Positions 32,951 to 47,757 of a stretch of DNA of 64,000 nt are shown piece by piece. Within the stretch, counting starts at the first letter, position 1; each line of letters opens with the position of its first letter. The translations under genes were made by a program, and so were the position numbers. Location of the stretch: assembly GCF_964204645.1 (NCBI RefSeq), contig NC_134033.1:5976231-6040230 (forward strand), read 5' to 3'. Origin of the DNA: Tubulanus polymorphus (Eukaryota > Animalia > Nemertea). Under the pieces are notes generated by a model, which was given only the letters and a program-made list of their open reading frames with translations, made no database searches and was not told where the DNA came from.

Positions 32951-34874
32951 CGGTGTTGTCATATCGCGGAAAGACGGAATCGCGGAATTTTCCAAAAACG
33001 CGGAATTTCTTCATTTTTACTTTAAATAGTAAACGAGTTTTCCCACGGGGATACCCACTGTCGGACAGCGCACCGGACCGATCGATGCAACGAGTTAGGT
33101 TCGAATCCCATTATTTGCAGGCAATTTTATATGGAAATATTATATTACGATACCGTTGACTGGCTGCCACCTGTAGAAGAAGTCAGAATCAAGTGGGGTG
33201 ACAGAGACCAGGCACCTAATGTCTATTTCTACTAGGCAAACTTCGGTTATCGAAGTTCATCGACTTTTTGAGAACTTCAGAAACGAATATTATCAGATAA
33301 ATATTGAGCACGTTCGCGGTGTAGGACCGTAGCTGTAGATGGTTGCAAACATGAAATCCTACGACCAAACAAGTACCGGTTCAAATTCCTTTGAAATTAT
33401 TATAATTTTAAAGCCGTCCAGTACCGGTACCAATAAGATTCTTTTGATCCAAATAATCAGCATAGGGACATATATGTTATAGCAGTCACAAAGTAAACAT
33501 TAAAAAAAACGAAACCATTTTATAATCTTTCATATCATTTAATTCTAAAAGATAAACCACATTCGCTTATAACAACAATGTAGACACACAACACGCATGA
33601 ACAATCCTAAGCCAGAATGAAATATACATAATGTCTATTTATTTTCGTCTGACATCGATCCAGTTCCACAGTTGTGAGTTAACTCTCAGTTACTTAGAAT
33701 CAATTCATTTCCAATGTTTTAAATCCAGAGACCAGAGTCAAATCTTAACTCGGAAATGAGTCCTGGAGAATGACCCATGATGTCATCACAAATCCTACGT
33801 TTACGTACCATCGATTTGTATTCCTTCAGTTAATGCAGCGATACTCTGTATCACTGAATTCGCAAAGCACGTATTGCCTAGGTTCTCCGCAAAAACCGTA
33901 AAGTTTCCCAAGTCTCCGTTTCTACCTAACGCATGCGCATTAGTCAGTGCTGGAATTGCTCTAAGTCGAGAAATCGGCACATTGCGCATGCGGCACTACA
34001 TGTGAGCTACATGTAACCTTTAATGACTAATAGTCGCTGTAGTTTCCATTAGGTTCGAATCCCGTAAAAATATTGATCTTATTTACGCTGGTTCATCTTA
34101 TAAGCGGCGCTATCAGATTCGAAACCCGAAAATTACTGATCGTATTTCAAGCGTTACGACATGAACTTTGATGATTAAAGTGTCACTGGGTTATTGTTTG
34201 CCGAGTAAAAAAGTGATAGCATCCCGAATATGAAATAATGAACTTTGATAGTCCCAGGATTTACTTTTAAGTGCTATTAGGTTCGAATCTCGAATGTGTA
34301 GCAGAAAAATACATTCATCCTTTATAATATACCGATATATATCTTAGATTTTTAGCTTATGGCAAGACCACTTGAACACCTGTCATTCCCAAAAATACAA
34401 ATGATCCTCTAAGAGGATCATGAAGAGTCTTAAGTGACCAAACAAACTGTGCCTTCCCGCTGCGCAAAAGTTCACGCAGGTTCATTCCGTTATAGTTCTA
34501 TGTTTCAGCGTTCTGACATGACCCAGTTTAGGAAAAAATACACATGTAGCGACGCATGCACACGCGACCAATTTCTGGACTTATAGGATTTCCCCAACAC
34601 TTCCTAATGCGCATGCGTTATAAACAGAGACTTGGGAAACTTTACGGTTTTTGCAGGTTCTCCATTATTTGGAACAGTATCGTTAAGTTGTTGACTGGCG
34701 ATATAATAAATTATCAAATACTAATTCCCGGTGTTGAAAACCTGGGTCCGGTGCCCTGTCCGACAGTGGGTATCCCCGTGGGAAAACCCCGTTTACTATT
34801 TATAGTAAAAATGAAGAAATTCCGCGTTTTTGGAAAATTCCGCGATTCCGTCTTTCCGCGATATGACAACACCG
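32951..34874 (-). mobile_element. Non-autonomous MULE-like element, copy 2 (inverted relative to copy 1) with nested insertion
   Basis: Same TIRs and internal sequence as 17191-18356; 9-bp TSD GTGCTTCAC (32942-32950 / 34875-34883). Confidence 0.88.
33889..34654. mobile_element. Nested MULE-like MITE (766 bp)
   Basis: TIRs GCAAAAACCGTAAAGTTTCCCAAGTCTC.. and 9-bp TSD AGGTTCTCC (33880-33888 / 34655-34663). Copy 1 shows the empty site. Confidence 0.85.
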
Positions 34875-35680
34875 GTGCTTCACTGCATCAAAAGCAGTTG
34901 CTAGCTTTGCGGCCGCAGAATGTTCGTTCAGGTAGAAATTTATTTCATCCGAATATCGAAAAAGCGCTATTGATAGATGAAGGTAAACAAAAAGAATTAT
35001 GCGTTCAGTACCATGAATCTTCTTGATCCCGGTACTCAACAGATCGAGGGAACCTTCTAGTATTTTTTCAAAATCAGCACGTTAGGCCGAAAGTACGCTA
35101 ATTTCTTGAATATCGTTACTTCATTAATCTTTTCTTAAAAAAAAAAAACGATACAAATCATCGGTTTTCAATAACTTAGAGCTGAAGAGGGGTAACTTGC
35201 GAATGTGGGCAACCAAATAACGTTGAAGCATGGAAAAGATCGTACATTTCCTAAGTGGACACCCCTTCCATTGACCATGAATCTGCTCTTGATCAAGCGG
35301 ATCCCTGTAGTCAGGCAGAAACAAATATTCCGGCGGTAGAAGGACATTAACGCTGTGGAGCTCCAACTAGAATTTGCCAGAGACACGGTAAAACTTCACC
35401 TCAGAACCGAACTGAAGTGTCAAGAACCAGTAGAAGATAACAATTCGTGAAGCTGTGGTTATACAACCGATGGCGCAAGTCGGATATATCATAGTATAGT
35501 GCCTTGGTGTAGAATTAATAAGTTCTGCGGTTAATGTATCAGCGCATTAATACATTGGCGCATGAATACATTGATAATTGGGTATTAATGCGCAGCAAAG
35601 GAACAGTTCATGTAGGTTGACCGACGACTAGTGACAGTCGACTACTGTTGGTTGTTTGTTGGTTGGCCCATTGAAGAGAT

Positions 35681-35920
35681 GATAGAGTGCATATCTCACC
35701 CGCTGGTTGACGGTCGACGGATGACACGATGCAATGTTGTCGTCAATTTATGTACATCGTGGTGACAAAAATGTACATCGTTATGTGTATCGTGGTGACA
35801 AAAATGAGTGACGATAGAGTGCGTAGACCTATATCATCCGCTGGTTGACGGTCGACGGACGACACGTCGCAATGTTGTCGCCAATGTATGTACAAGCATC
35901 GTTGGTTGACTGGTTGACGG
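35681..35920. repeat. Direct tandem duplication of about 130 bp
   Basis: GATAGAGTGC..CCGCTGGTTGACGGTCGACGGA.GACACG..GCAATGTTGTCG at about 35681 and 35812. Confidence 0.7.
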
Positions 35921-38900
35921 GTGACCACAAAACACAAACAAACAAGAGAAGTAAATCTAAACCGAAACAGTAAACTATAAGCATCAGCTGCGAAAGTTTT
36001 ATTTTTGATTTTGAAAAAAAAAAGAGCCGGCACGTATCGACGTCGTTCTGTAGCAATGTGAACAATGCCATATTTCATAGTCCCCACGTTTGTTTTTTGG
36101 GAGGCGCATCTCACGATGACAGTGATGAAGTTAAATAATGAATCTCCTGTGAATTTGAATGCTTAACCGTGTTGAAACTAATATCAGAGAACTGGAATTG
36201 ACTAAAGAAAAATAGAAATGCAATTTGTATTTTAAGTAAGGGATTTATTGTGTTTGGTCACGTGGTGTGTTTGGTGTATGAGGTAAATAGATCGTTAATA
36301 GTTAATTTGTCGGTTGGTAGATACGTCGACACGTTGACACATGGAATGTTAATGGCTGGCGATGTGAATGTGTCGACATGACAACTTTCTTTGGGATACA
36401 CATAAACCGAACAACGCAGTAAGCATACGCGAAGGAACTATACTATGCAATACCCTACTTGAGCCCAACCGATGGGGAAGATGTTTTAATTCATAAAACC
36501 TAAGAACTTTCATAATTTGACCAAAACGTACATACCTATTCAGGCGCTGGCTGTTGCTCGTCGAAACTTTTTCTCGGATAACCAAGTCAGACATCCGTAG
36601 AGAAAATTAATCGAATAAATATTATATACACCGAAAGCTGTTTTTAAATAATGTGACATTTGCTCAATTCACTCATTCGCACAAGAAAAATTAACATATG
36701 TTCACTACTTTAAAAAAGTTGACGTTAACAAATAAGTCACCTGTTACCAGTTAGTTAAATGTCACCAAACGTTATTGTGATGACCTGTCGAAATAGTGTT
36801 CATTGATTAATTTCGAAATTAATTCCGATGAATAAACTAATGAAAATGTATTAAACTTGTTCGGGACGTGCTTTTGTCGTTCATATTGACGTTTAATCGA
36901 TAACTCGTTGGTTAATAATGATGCAATCAAAAGAAAAAATGAGGTAAGTATTATACATTCTTGATCAATTTTAGAAAGAGAAAATGCTGATTCTATAAAT
37001 TCATACAAATTATGTCTAATTATAAGTTGCGCTTTCTGACTTCAGAATGGTACACCACTTACTAAAACACGGCTAGCTTCTGGTCTGTAGCAGTCGGTTT
37101 ATCGGCGGACAAGGATTTGAGGGATGGGATGCATATATAATGACGGGGGTCAGGAAATTCTTTAAAATTAGATGCGGGGAGACGCGTTCTAGGCTAGGGT
37201 TATATTAGTGACACAGAAATCGATGAGGACGACCATATGAAAATAACAAAGGACACAATCGTAGTTCCAGCTGCTCATTGTCCGGTGACTAGAGTTTGAC
37301 GATTGTTTTGCTGCAAATCTTCAAGCGATCATTGGCGTCTTGTGGCTTGGCGTTTTGGTCTCGTCGTCGTTAGAGCCACACGACTCAGGCAACGTTGGAT
37401 ACATTCGACTGGAACATGTTTGCGACTAACGTTGCGACACCGTTCCCTGGATCATTCAATTCAGTGTTTATGCGTCTCCATGTTTCCCTGTTAACTTGCA
37501 TCACGTTGGGCTTTAGGCATCACAGGCGCAGATGATAGTGATTCTCTATCATCTTGTACGTACGTTCTAGACTGCAAGTATTTGTGTATGGAGGGTGAAC
37601 TCTGAGTCGAGTTTCAGTGAAAAAGTCAAACCCAATTGTTTGGTTAAATTGCTATTAGTGACGTCATGTTTTTAATAGAGACAACAATGCAAACATGCAG
37701 CAATCAATCTGCCGTCTGTGCCCACCTGGTCAGTCAATTACCTTTTCTATGGCGAAGTCTAGACGAATACATTCTTTACAAACGGTGAATGTCTGACTAA
37801 TATGCATGGTTCAGAGAAGACACCCTGAATGATGTTCAAAGAAAGATGTCCGGGGTACCTGGACGAACATTTTTTGGTAAAATAGCGAATGCCTGTCGCA
37901 CGTTTAAGGGGGATATCTACAGACCACAATTCAAACTTAACCGTTTAATCGGTATTGCGTGGTTAACCACGTTGGGCATGCGTGAAATTAAGGGACACAT
38001 TCGTATTTCACCTCATTCTTATAAAGATCGCCGGCCCCAAAAGATACGAATCCAGATGAGTTGACTGCACAGTACGATACGGTTGCTTGCTACTTATTGT
38101 TATATTTCTAGGCTAATTTACCAAAAAAAAACATCGGAGGGGCGATAGATCATTTTGAAGGGTCTTTTCGAGAACTTCAAAAAAGTTCACAATCCTTTGA
38201 TCACAGGGCTCGGCGGCTACGTATGTCCGAAGAGTAAAATATAGACTAATACGAATGATCCAGTGTTTTGTTGTTGCCAGTATCTATGGTATTGTGGCTG
38301 ATTCGGGCCATACTAAAAAGTTCAAAAAGTTTGGTTTTCTCGTGCGAGAATTCAAAAAGTTGTTTCAGGGGTTCTGTTGATTATTGCATAAACACTTATC
38401 TATCAATTTGTAATTAATGAGGGTCAAGTTCAATATATGCGGTATACTTGTGATATTTTGCGTTGGAGTTGGACGTGAAATGGTAATTCATAATAGTGTG
38501 TATATGAAATTAACACTTTCAATATGGATTTATTTTATCTATATCTCATACATGACCTCAATTTGTACGTAGTTTGTACGTGGTAATATTCTATGGGTTA
38601 GATTTTGTTTGAATATTTTGGTGTCAGTGTTAAAGATTTCACTGTGCATTAACTGGTATTTCTTCTCCCAGTATTAGATTCATATATTGATATGTTTAAC
38701 AAAAATTTATATAATGGAAAATCTAATTTTAAAACAAATAAACTGAAACTGTTCAGAACTGGAAAGTTGACAGCTTTTTGTTTTATTTTCGTGTTTGGAT
38801 GGATTACTCACGTATTTCATTATTTTCATTTTGTCTTCAGTAGGAATTGAAAGCGATAGGCATGATGATGTTGTATCCACTATATCAGTGCTAAGTGACA

Positions 38901-39349
38901 ATTGGGTTCGAGTGTGTCCTGCTGGCTGCTTATTATGCGTCCCATTGTGAGGTTAGATGAATTATCCAATAGGGTTAGTCTAGGCTTGGTAAACCAAGAT
39001 CCAAGCGACGTTAAAGCCAAAACAAACAAACAAGCAACCTAGCCTTGTTCTTGACTTTTGATTAACTCTTGACAAAAATGAAATCATATGTGACTTAACG
39101 CATTTTCGTATCCTTAATTTGGACTTCGCCTGTAACCATCCTAGTTGGCCTGAGTTAGACGAAGTTTTCTGTAATACTAGTAAGCACCAATAAACTCTCC
39201 AATAGAGCTTGTTATAACGCCATCCCTACAGCGACACCAACTGATTTCCATTGATGATTCTATATTCCAAATTTATTCCAGGCAGCTGTTATACTGCTAA
39301 TATGCAACAAAATGGTTCCGTAGTTTAAGTATGATATGAATAAGCCTAT

Positions 39350-39904
39350 CCAAATGTGGATAAAAGAACTGAAATTTCCTGTCTCTTGCCTACTGCTGAA
39401 GGCCTGTTAGCCATATTAGCATCATATGTTTCGCGCATATCATGGTTATGTGGTAAATCCAATCCAAATTCTAAAAACCGATCTTCTAACGTATCGCCAG
39501 TCTCCATGCAGATGTTGTGCAGAACAAAAAAAACTAGTAACAAATGTCACAAGTCTTTCCATTTTGCGCATATTAACATACTTCAGTCTTCTTAAACGCC
39601 CTTTCAAGATGCCGGCATTTTCGATCGGAACACGAGTAACGCTATGTTTGAAATCACAATCCTTTTGATTTCTTGTTAAACCACCAGTATCTGTGAACGG
39701 TACCATTACATATTCTCTTAGTTCATATGCCGAGTCAGCGGGCAGATGCGAATTCTGCGGAAATAATGCTACACGGTTATCCTGATTCTGTACAGTAATG
39801 CTTACCTGACAGTTTTTAAAAACACGGGCATCGTGGCTAAGAACCAGGCCATCCAACGTAAACGTGCGTAAATTTGTACTGATGTTCGCAAACAGCGCAT
39901 ACAT
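39350..39904 (-). pseudogene. PIF/Harbinger DDE transposase (HARBI1/DDE_Tnp_4-like), C-terminal fragment
   Basis: SHDARVFKN..HLPADSAYEL..MVPF..LT..H..TRVPIENA-GILKGRLRRL..(C)VLHNIC; frameshifted, N-terminus missing. Confidence 0.85.
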
Positions 39905-40438
39905 TCAAAGATTGGAATTTTTTTCTGACATGACAGGATGCCGACACGCTATTAATAGCTTTTGTTCATCGAGAGCTAGAAATCACATCTGAAAGGCCTT
40001 GTTGCAGCATTGAATAGGAACAACTTTTTGCCGTTACGTCTTTCTGTTATTAATTTTATCATACTTTCATTTTTTATTTCTTCGAAGACTTGTTCCTTTT
40101 TTTCTACCATAACGTGTCGAGTCGAGGAGTTTCACCAATAATTTACATTACTATGTATACTACTGGAAAAGCACTAATAGCTTATTATTGTAAGTAGATG
40201 TTTGAGCTCAAAAATGGGATAGAACTGCATTTGGATTGAGCCACACATAGTTTCTGATATATCAACCCGCTTCCGATGAACCCACCCATCTACCATTAAT
40301 TCGGTACAAAGCCTTTCGCGTCCAAGGTAACAATTCATCTGGATCAAATTCAAGTGTTATTAGGTTTAAGCTCTTCTGGCAATTTATGACTTTTTCATGC
40401 AACAAACATTAATTAAGAAGTCAATGAAGAAACATTTT

Positions 40439-41383
40439 TTACTTCAGGCAGGCAAATTTCGAACAGAAATATTCGCGAATTTCTCGTCCCAGTAAGAGGT
40501 ATATGTAAAAATTTATGGAATAGTTGCTCAAAAGAAATTGGGTGAATATGTCTAATAGAAATTCTCTTTGATATGGAGGTAGTAGTAAAAATACAGTAAT
40601 AGTGGTTGGAAGTGTAAATATTGCAAATGCGAGTGAAACGGTTACGAGCATTACTGTTGTACGTTTTGATTTTGTTGTTTTTTTATCAGACGAAACAATT
40701 TTTGGTCCTTTGAATAACTAAATTATTATAACTGAATTCGAAATTATAATCAACGTTAAAGTAAAAAGAAAAACGAATAAAGTATACACGAGAAAGCGGG
40801 TGGTTTGGTCGGATAACTCGTAATAGCATCCAAAAAACTGGTCAGAGAATTTCATAATGACAGATGGTTGAATACCTGTTACTAATGCGTTCATTATGTA
40901 AATAATGATAATTGCGATACGGGCGAATCTCGGTGTACATATCAAACGAGCCGTGAACGGGAAGAGCACAACTGCCGCACGTTCTAGAGATATAGCTACT
41001 ACAATCCACGAACTATTGGCACCCATCAATGCCATCACAGATTCATAGATTTGACAACTGATCAGTGAATTCATCAATAATATAGGACCGCCGTTCACGT
41101 GCAAAAGAGCAAACTGTATAACTGGCATCAGCGTAGAATTGGTAAAAAATGTAAAATCACTGATAGACAAAACGATAAGATAGTTAGCGTAAGATAATCT
41201 ACGGAATCTACGATCTATCATTATCAGAAAAGTAGCTGAATTTCCGAAAGCTCCTAACAGGAACATAATGAACAGAATGACCTTAGATACCGTACGGTTC
41301 CTACCAGATTTGTTGGCAATAGACATATGCGCGATGTATCCGTTGTAAGGTCGACCAACATTCTGCATCTTAGTCGAATTCAT
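40439..41383 (-). pseudogene. Intronless class A (rhodopsin-like) GPCR with one in-frame TAG at 40718-40720
   Basis: GN in TM1, LSISD in TM2, ISLERA in TM3, LP in TM6, NYSINFYIY in TM7. ORFs 40718-41383 and 40439-40651 are in the same frame (315 codons). Confidence 0.85.
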
Positions 41384-42890
41384 GATTGGATTCAGGAGAG
41401 GATTGTCTCTTCACGTAAATGAATGATTCCTTCGTGAAAGAATTAAACATCGATATTAATGAAGTCATATTTATGATAGCTCTGTTCAGCCGTTGTTAGA
41501 AATGAAATCGTGTCCAATTCATTTTCGACCACGGGGTGAAAATCAATTTTCAAAAATCAAGCAAACTATTGTAAATGTTAATTGAGTAGAATGGAAAATG
41601 AATTTGCTTTCAGACGAATAATAGATTGGATTGTGAAGTGCAATAGCTTCTTTCCATGTGGAATTTCCAAAAGCTTCAAAAACAAAAATTTGTTTCAATG
41701 CGGCCTTAAACTAAACAGTTTGTTTCACTTGGCGTATCTGTCCTCTGCAAAAAATTGGCGGAAATTAAGTGTCATATATTTTTCAATGTGGACCGAATCA
41801 GGGAGCAAGGATCTGGGAACTTGAACACACTTAATAAAACTAATACAATCTGAAATTGCCTATTTTAGGGGAACTACAACTGTTATGGTGGAGTTTCCAA
41901 CATTCGTCATGGTTCTCCAGCAATTGTTATGGTGTCTGAATGTCTACCATGGTTGTGTGCAGTGTTGGTAGATCTTCTTACTTGTGTTGTGCCTCTCTCT
42001 CCCCTTCTCCCAATCTCCCTCCCTCCCTGTTACCTTCTAAACTACCACTCAACACAACAAAAAACTGCAAAATATCTCAAGCACAAAAATAAACGATTAA
42101 AGCGTCCAATGATATTTCAAAGGTAGCGCTGAAAGACGCTACAAAACCCATGTTTAAGTTCCGTAACCAATCAATGTCTTGTGACTTAACACTTGGAACA
42201 GTAGGCCTTTTTCGAGTTTGCTCAACTGGAAGAAAAATAATCCGTTTTCTCGTTAGATTGCGCGTTTGAAAATTTTTCTGTCAATCAGTAAGTGTATTTA
42301 TTAAAGCCATTTTGAGAAACATTTACTGTTATTTTCAAATCAATTATTTTTGAAAACTCAAATATTTTCCCATTAACGACGTTTAGATATTTTTCTGCGT
42401 CTAAAATAGATTTCTTCATCATTTTTAAGTTGTTCCTAATTTATCCTTTCTATATCTGACTATAAATGTGCGTCTAACGGTTCAGAAACATACATATACA
42501 TATATCTATGTACGAGTTACGAGGTGTTTTGGCTTAGCCAGACCGTACTGTGAACTGCTACATAATTGTGAGCTGTTTATAGCAGCTCACAATTTATAAT
42601 AGCTCAAAATGCGGTCCCAGCGTCGGTTTTTGTCGTTTGGCGTTGTATTTGCATAATGCAGTTTGGAAAGTTGTATCTGAAAAGTTAATCTTATGTTGCT
42701 GCCATCTGGCGGCGTTTTTTAAACAAATTACGTCACACATACTCTGCGGTATGTCATTTAGTGATTGCTCATGAACAAAAATAGCACATCACAAACCGGT
42801 GAAATATAGAAATGTTATAGAACATCACAAACTGGCAAAATATAGAAATGGATCAGGCTCGAGTCAAATTTGGCCCGTGCCTCATTAGAT

Positions 42891-43135
42891 AGCGTGTTCA
42901 CACGGAAACCACTCTCTCAATACTAAACAATGTTCAAACAGAGCGAAGTAGATCATTTCCGATACCAGGTGCAATTCAAACGCAATCATTGTGCTAAATT
43001 TTGCCTCGGGCCTGGTCCGACGTTTTTGTCGGCCCAAATTTGAACCGGGGCAAACAGGCTCGGGCCCATTTGGCACCCGTGTGAACAGTTATCCCAAACT
43101 TGGCCCAGGCCAAAAACGCTCGTGTGATCGCGGCT
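42891..43135. mobile_element. Probable Harbinger-type MITE
   Basis: Imperfect termini AGCGTGTTCACACG / CGTGTGATCGCGGCT; internal GGCCC/GGGCC repeats. Confidence 0.4.
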
Positions 43136-46100
43136 ATATAATACAAGGGAAGAGAGCCGATATGTTGCTTCTTCCTGTTATACCCAATACCTAAGGGATT
43201 CGAAAGACATACAGCGTTAGTATGTCCTTCCATTGCTGTTCTCCACGTCACTTTTGGTCCATACTTACACCTCAAACCAGTTTAACCGGTGAGAAGGTGT
43301 TGGTTCACGCGCAGTGAATGACTATCCTCAGCATACCTGTGCGCTTTATCATGTTATAATGAAGTAATTTCTGTCAACGAATATGTAGAAAATATATTGA
43401 AACTAAGCAGTCGATGGCGTGAAGATAGGAAATAATCGCAAACATTAAAGCCGGGCGACCATCGAATCACCGTATGATTGCATACGAAACGATGATACGA
43501 TCAAAATCACACTTTTACGATTTCCTCGAGATTCGCTCGCAAAAATCAGTGTAGCAACACGACAATAGAATTTTGAAATCATTGAAATATTTCTCACATC
43601 TACACAAAACTATATTACAAAATGACCAAATAAGGTATACAACAGAAAGAACATGAACAATCATAGATATGGCTGATTTCATTAAGACTCGGTTGAGTGA
43701 GAACAGAGTAGTGATGATATAAGGCTAAAAATGATACCTTGTTTCTACACCTTCTCTACCCACCAAAGTGACCAGGCAGGTGTTTTTTATTTATTTGTCT
43801 AAAAAAACACAGATTTGTGGAAACTCAGCACCCGGCAGGCAGGATTTTATTTTCATTAAAAACAAATTCATGTAACTTTTTTTAAATAAAAAAGATTGAA
43901 ATTTCCAAATATGGATATAAAATGGCAGGGAAAGACCCGAGTTATGACGCCGTTATGACCAACTGACTGCATATTAACGTTTTCAATTACAATTGTCACC
44001 GGTACCAAATAACATGATATTTCATGCAAGTACATGTACATGTACGATGTGAAATGGTTCGACTCGCTCAGTTTTTAATAAAAAAATAACCTATCACTCA
44101 ACACTCAACTCCTTCCGTGGCTCCAAGCATGAGAACAAAGTTCTACATACATTGTAAGTTATTTTTCTAAAATAAGGGCAAACCAATAAGGGCCCAATAG
44201 ATTTTCTATGGACTTGGTAGCATCGTTCAATTCAATCACCGTTAACATCAACGGCCTGCCCTAGCGCTTGCTAAATGCACACTGGATTTCATAAATCACG
44301 TGAATAGTTGAAGAGCCGTGATTGGTTGGTTGAATACAGTCTTCGAGGCGAACGATCAGCGTAGCCTAACACAAAGGCGAAATCAAACAGGTTGGATCCA
44401 GGCGATTCCGTCGCCGACCCTGAAACACAGGCGATTTTGTCGCCCGATAAAATCGCCCGATGTGCGGGTTACGCCTGCGAATATTTTGAACGAAAATTGT
44501 CGATAGCCAACAGTTCAATGCAAAATGAGATTATCGCAACGGGAACCAGCGCGCTTTTTTTAATTCACCTCTGATTAGCTAAAAAATGATATCTTGTTTC
44601 TCCGCAGCGGCCGGGTCGGAAAATTTATGCTGAAAATTTGTAAAAATGAAATTCTGGCGGCCGGGTCCCTTCGAAAAGCAGGTGTGAAATTAATCTAGAA
44701 ATAAATCCGGCCTGCCGGGTGAATATAAAACTTAATTTGAGCTCATATTCATCGGAGCGACATGCGCACCAATCCACGTACTGGATCAAAGGTTTGATTA
44801 TTTTAAAAGTTAGGTTGAGTATGTGGGGCGAAAACCACTTCGATGCGTAAGATGCTGGCCTATGAGCCATAAGCAGGATACCCCTGGATTTATACGCACA
44901 GCTCAACTCCTGAACGGGTTAAAAAAGTCCCATTCTTATTTTATATATCAATACGCTCAACTCGAGGAAGTAATATTGGGTGACGCGTGACCGACCATTT
45001 TTTGTTGTTGACATCGTTGACAACGATCAAATCAAGTCTACTACGTTGACATCGCCGACATCGCTGACATAATCAAATGTGCATTTTAAATGCTAGTCGA
45101 CATCGCCGACAGTATTGACCAAATGACTACTTAATTTTTAACTTCTGTTGCTTGGATCCCCTATTTATAGTGGCTAAGATCGTGGGCCTGTATTCGCTAA
45201 TACCTGGCTAGGATCGTTGGATTGTATTTGCTAATTCCCAGTGGCCGGGATCGTGGGCCTGTTTTCACAAATCATTACCAATTATTTCGGCCATAATAGT
45301 GCAATATCTGGCCGCTGCACGCACTGCCATTGATTTGTTTTCAATTGTTGCGGACCTTGTAGCGTAGCAACAATGATCCGTTATTTTTCAAAATGGAGTG
45401 ATTGTTCTTTTTAGAAAAACATGACTTAAAAACGTTCACCAGCATAAAACCTTTTTATTTTTCAAGATAGACCATCACAACCAGCAAGAAACTTGTTGGA
45501 AATGTTCTGAAGTTTTCATTCATATAAAATATGATAAACTGTCTTTGAGTTAATTTGCCCGCCGACTTACAGCCCCTGAACATACTATTTCAGACAAAAA
45601 ATGTCAAAGATAAAATATTCTTAAAGGGTAACAAATTTGATATCGTTAAAATGAGCACATTCGAAATATTCTAAAACCGCTTTCAAACGGTCACCAGGCC
45701 ATCGTAAAGCCAACTTAAGCGCGCTGAAAATTTTGTGCATTCGGGCGTAATTATAGTGGGTTTTTATCTTATTTAACGCATAAGTCCCCAAATACAAAGT
45801 TCGTAATCGATCATTTTAGTTTTAAAAAGTATTTGAAAATTATGATCTGAACTTCTGCAATTATTCAGATATCTAAAATCCCCATATTTCGCAATTGAAA
45901 TGCGTTAAAACATCCGTAACCATACAGTCAAAAAGATGCAAAGCTAAACTCGGTTAGAAAATTCGGTTAGTATAACTAAGACAAATAAACATAGCTTTAT
46001 CAACCTGTGATGGTATGAAATTTGTACGTGTAGACTTAAAACTCCTAATTCTGGGATTTTTCCAAAATACAGAAAAATGCTGAGGGACTTTAAAAGTTTA

Positions 46101-47694
46101 TCTTATGAACGAACATATTGCTTTTGGATTCCAAATTGAATGCGTAGGCCTACACCTCAGCAGTGAATATTTTAAATGATTTCGTCCGCGCACAAAGGTG
46201 TCTATACTGGTACCGAATCTAGAAAAAAGGATTCCGGCTGAAAGATGACGCAGCATTTTACACGCTATCTTGATTTTAGCAAAAGGAGTTTCTGCGGATT
46301 GGGCAGAAAATATAAATATATATAATAAGTTTATTAATCACATACCTTGTTATGGTTGTTGTTGAATTACAAGATTATTTGCGTCGTCGTCAAAGTCGTG
46401 TCACCAATTGCAATCGCATTAGCCCAAAAGCAGTTACAAAATTCGAAGAACCGCTTAGTATAAATAGCGCTGACAATCAGATGGGAAAAAGTCATTGTGT
46501 TACACGAAACGCCTAGAATTGATGAATAGAAAATACTGTTAAAAAGCTGGTGGGAACCAGTCATTGTCTTGCAGGTAGGACCTCTTTGTCTGAGAATTTC
46601 TGATTTTACAGATTCTTGGATTTATTTTCTAAGGTGTCTGTACCATGCTCTCGCATTAAAGGTTGCCACAAAAAACGCGAAGAATTTATGAATGCAAACA
46701 ATGATGAACATGTGGTGGGATTCAGTCATTGTAACACAGAAGAATAGGAGAGGACCTGTATTCAGGGAGTTGCAGATTTTACAGATTATTTTGTAAGCAA
46801 CAATGAACAGGTGGTGGGATTCAGCCGTTGTGTTAGTTTATAGTGCTGATAGGACTTGATATTATTTCTCAGCGTTGCAAATTCTAAAAATACAATAGGC
46901 TTCATTGTGGAAACAATACACGCTGCCTAAGAAAAATTGAAAACAAAAAACATAACCTAATCATAAAACCACATGCTAGTTATACAATTTAACTCAGTGA
47001 GGCGAAAAAGGGGTATACCAGAAATGTAGGTAGCAATTCCCTGTTAAACATCCCCTGGGGAATGTAGGTAAAAATCCTCCCAAGTTCAGTTGTATATCAA
47101 ACTTAAGTTTAAAACCCAGATAAAAACAGATGATATTACTTTTAAACTAGATTTTTTCAAAGATATCTTCTACTGTACTAAGATCATACGATTTTTATGC
47201 ATGCTGCTTGCTTCTAAAATTCACAGAATAATGTCATTTTGGTGAACGTAGCGTGGTGAAGTCAATGATTATCCAAAGTGATTATTGTGAAATCACACCA
47301 ATCAATTATGTAGGGAAACTATAAAGTTTTTAAAAACCAAACGTAAGAATAATGAAGTATTTTGTTGTAAAATTGATGGATAGTATTCACGGATCAATCA
47401 ATTATTAACGAAATAATGGACCAAAACGTCGCACGAGAGCAGGTGTGAGAGACAGTAGCTTAAATCTATATAATTATTATAGATCTATTCTACTGTAAGT
47501 CTATGCTGGCCTGATCGGTTCTCAATTTATAAGAGAATTCTATGAATTCATTTGTTTGCTAGTCGTTGTCGGTCGTGGTAGTTCTAAGTAAGTTGGTAGG
47601 ACCATAGAACTAACAGCGAACGGGAATGCCGACTCCTCAAAAATCCGCAAGCCACCTAAACCTAAATCGGAATCTCTGTAATAAAGGAACGTAG

Positions 47695-47757
47695 GAAAAA
47701 TGGCCAAGGAAAAAATGGCCAAGCAAAAAATAGCCACGGAAAAAAAGGGCCAAGGAA
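47695..47757. repeat. 15-bp tandem repeat (GGAAAAAATGGCCAA), about 4 copies
   Basis: Read directly from the sequence; typical of DNA-transposon subterminal arrays. Confidence 0.75.

Noticed and set aside
35124-35386. Possible coding exon on the minus strand
   Set aside because: No recognisable domain and no consistent splice partners.
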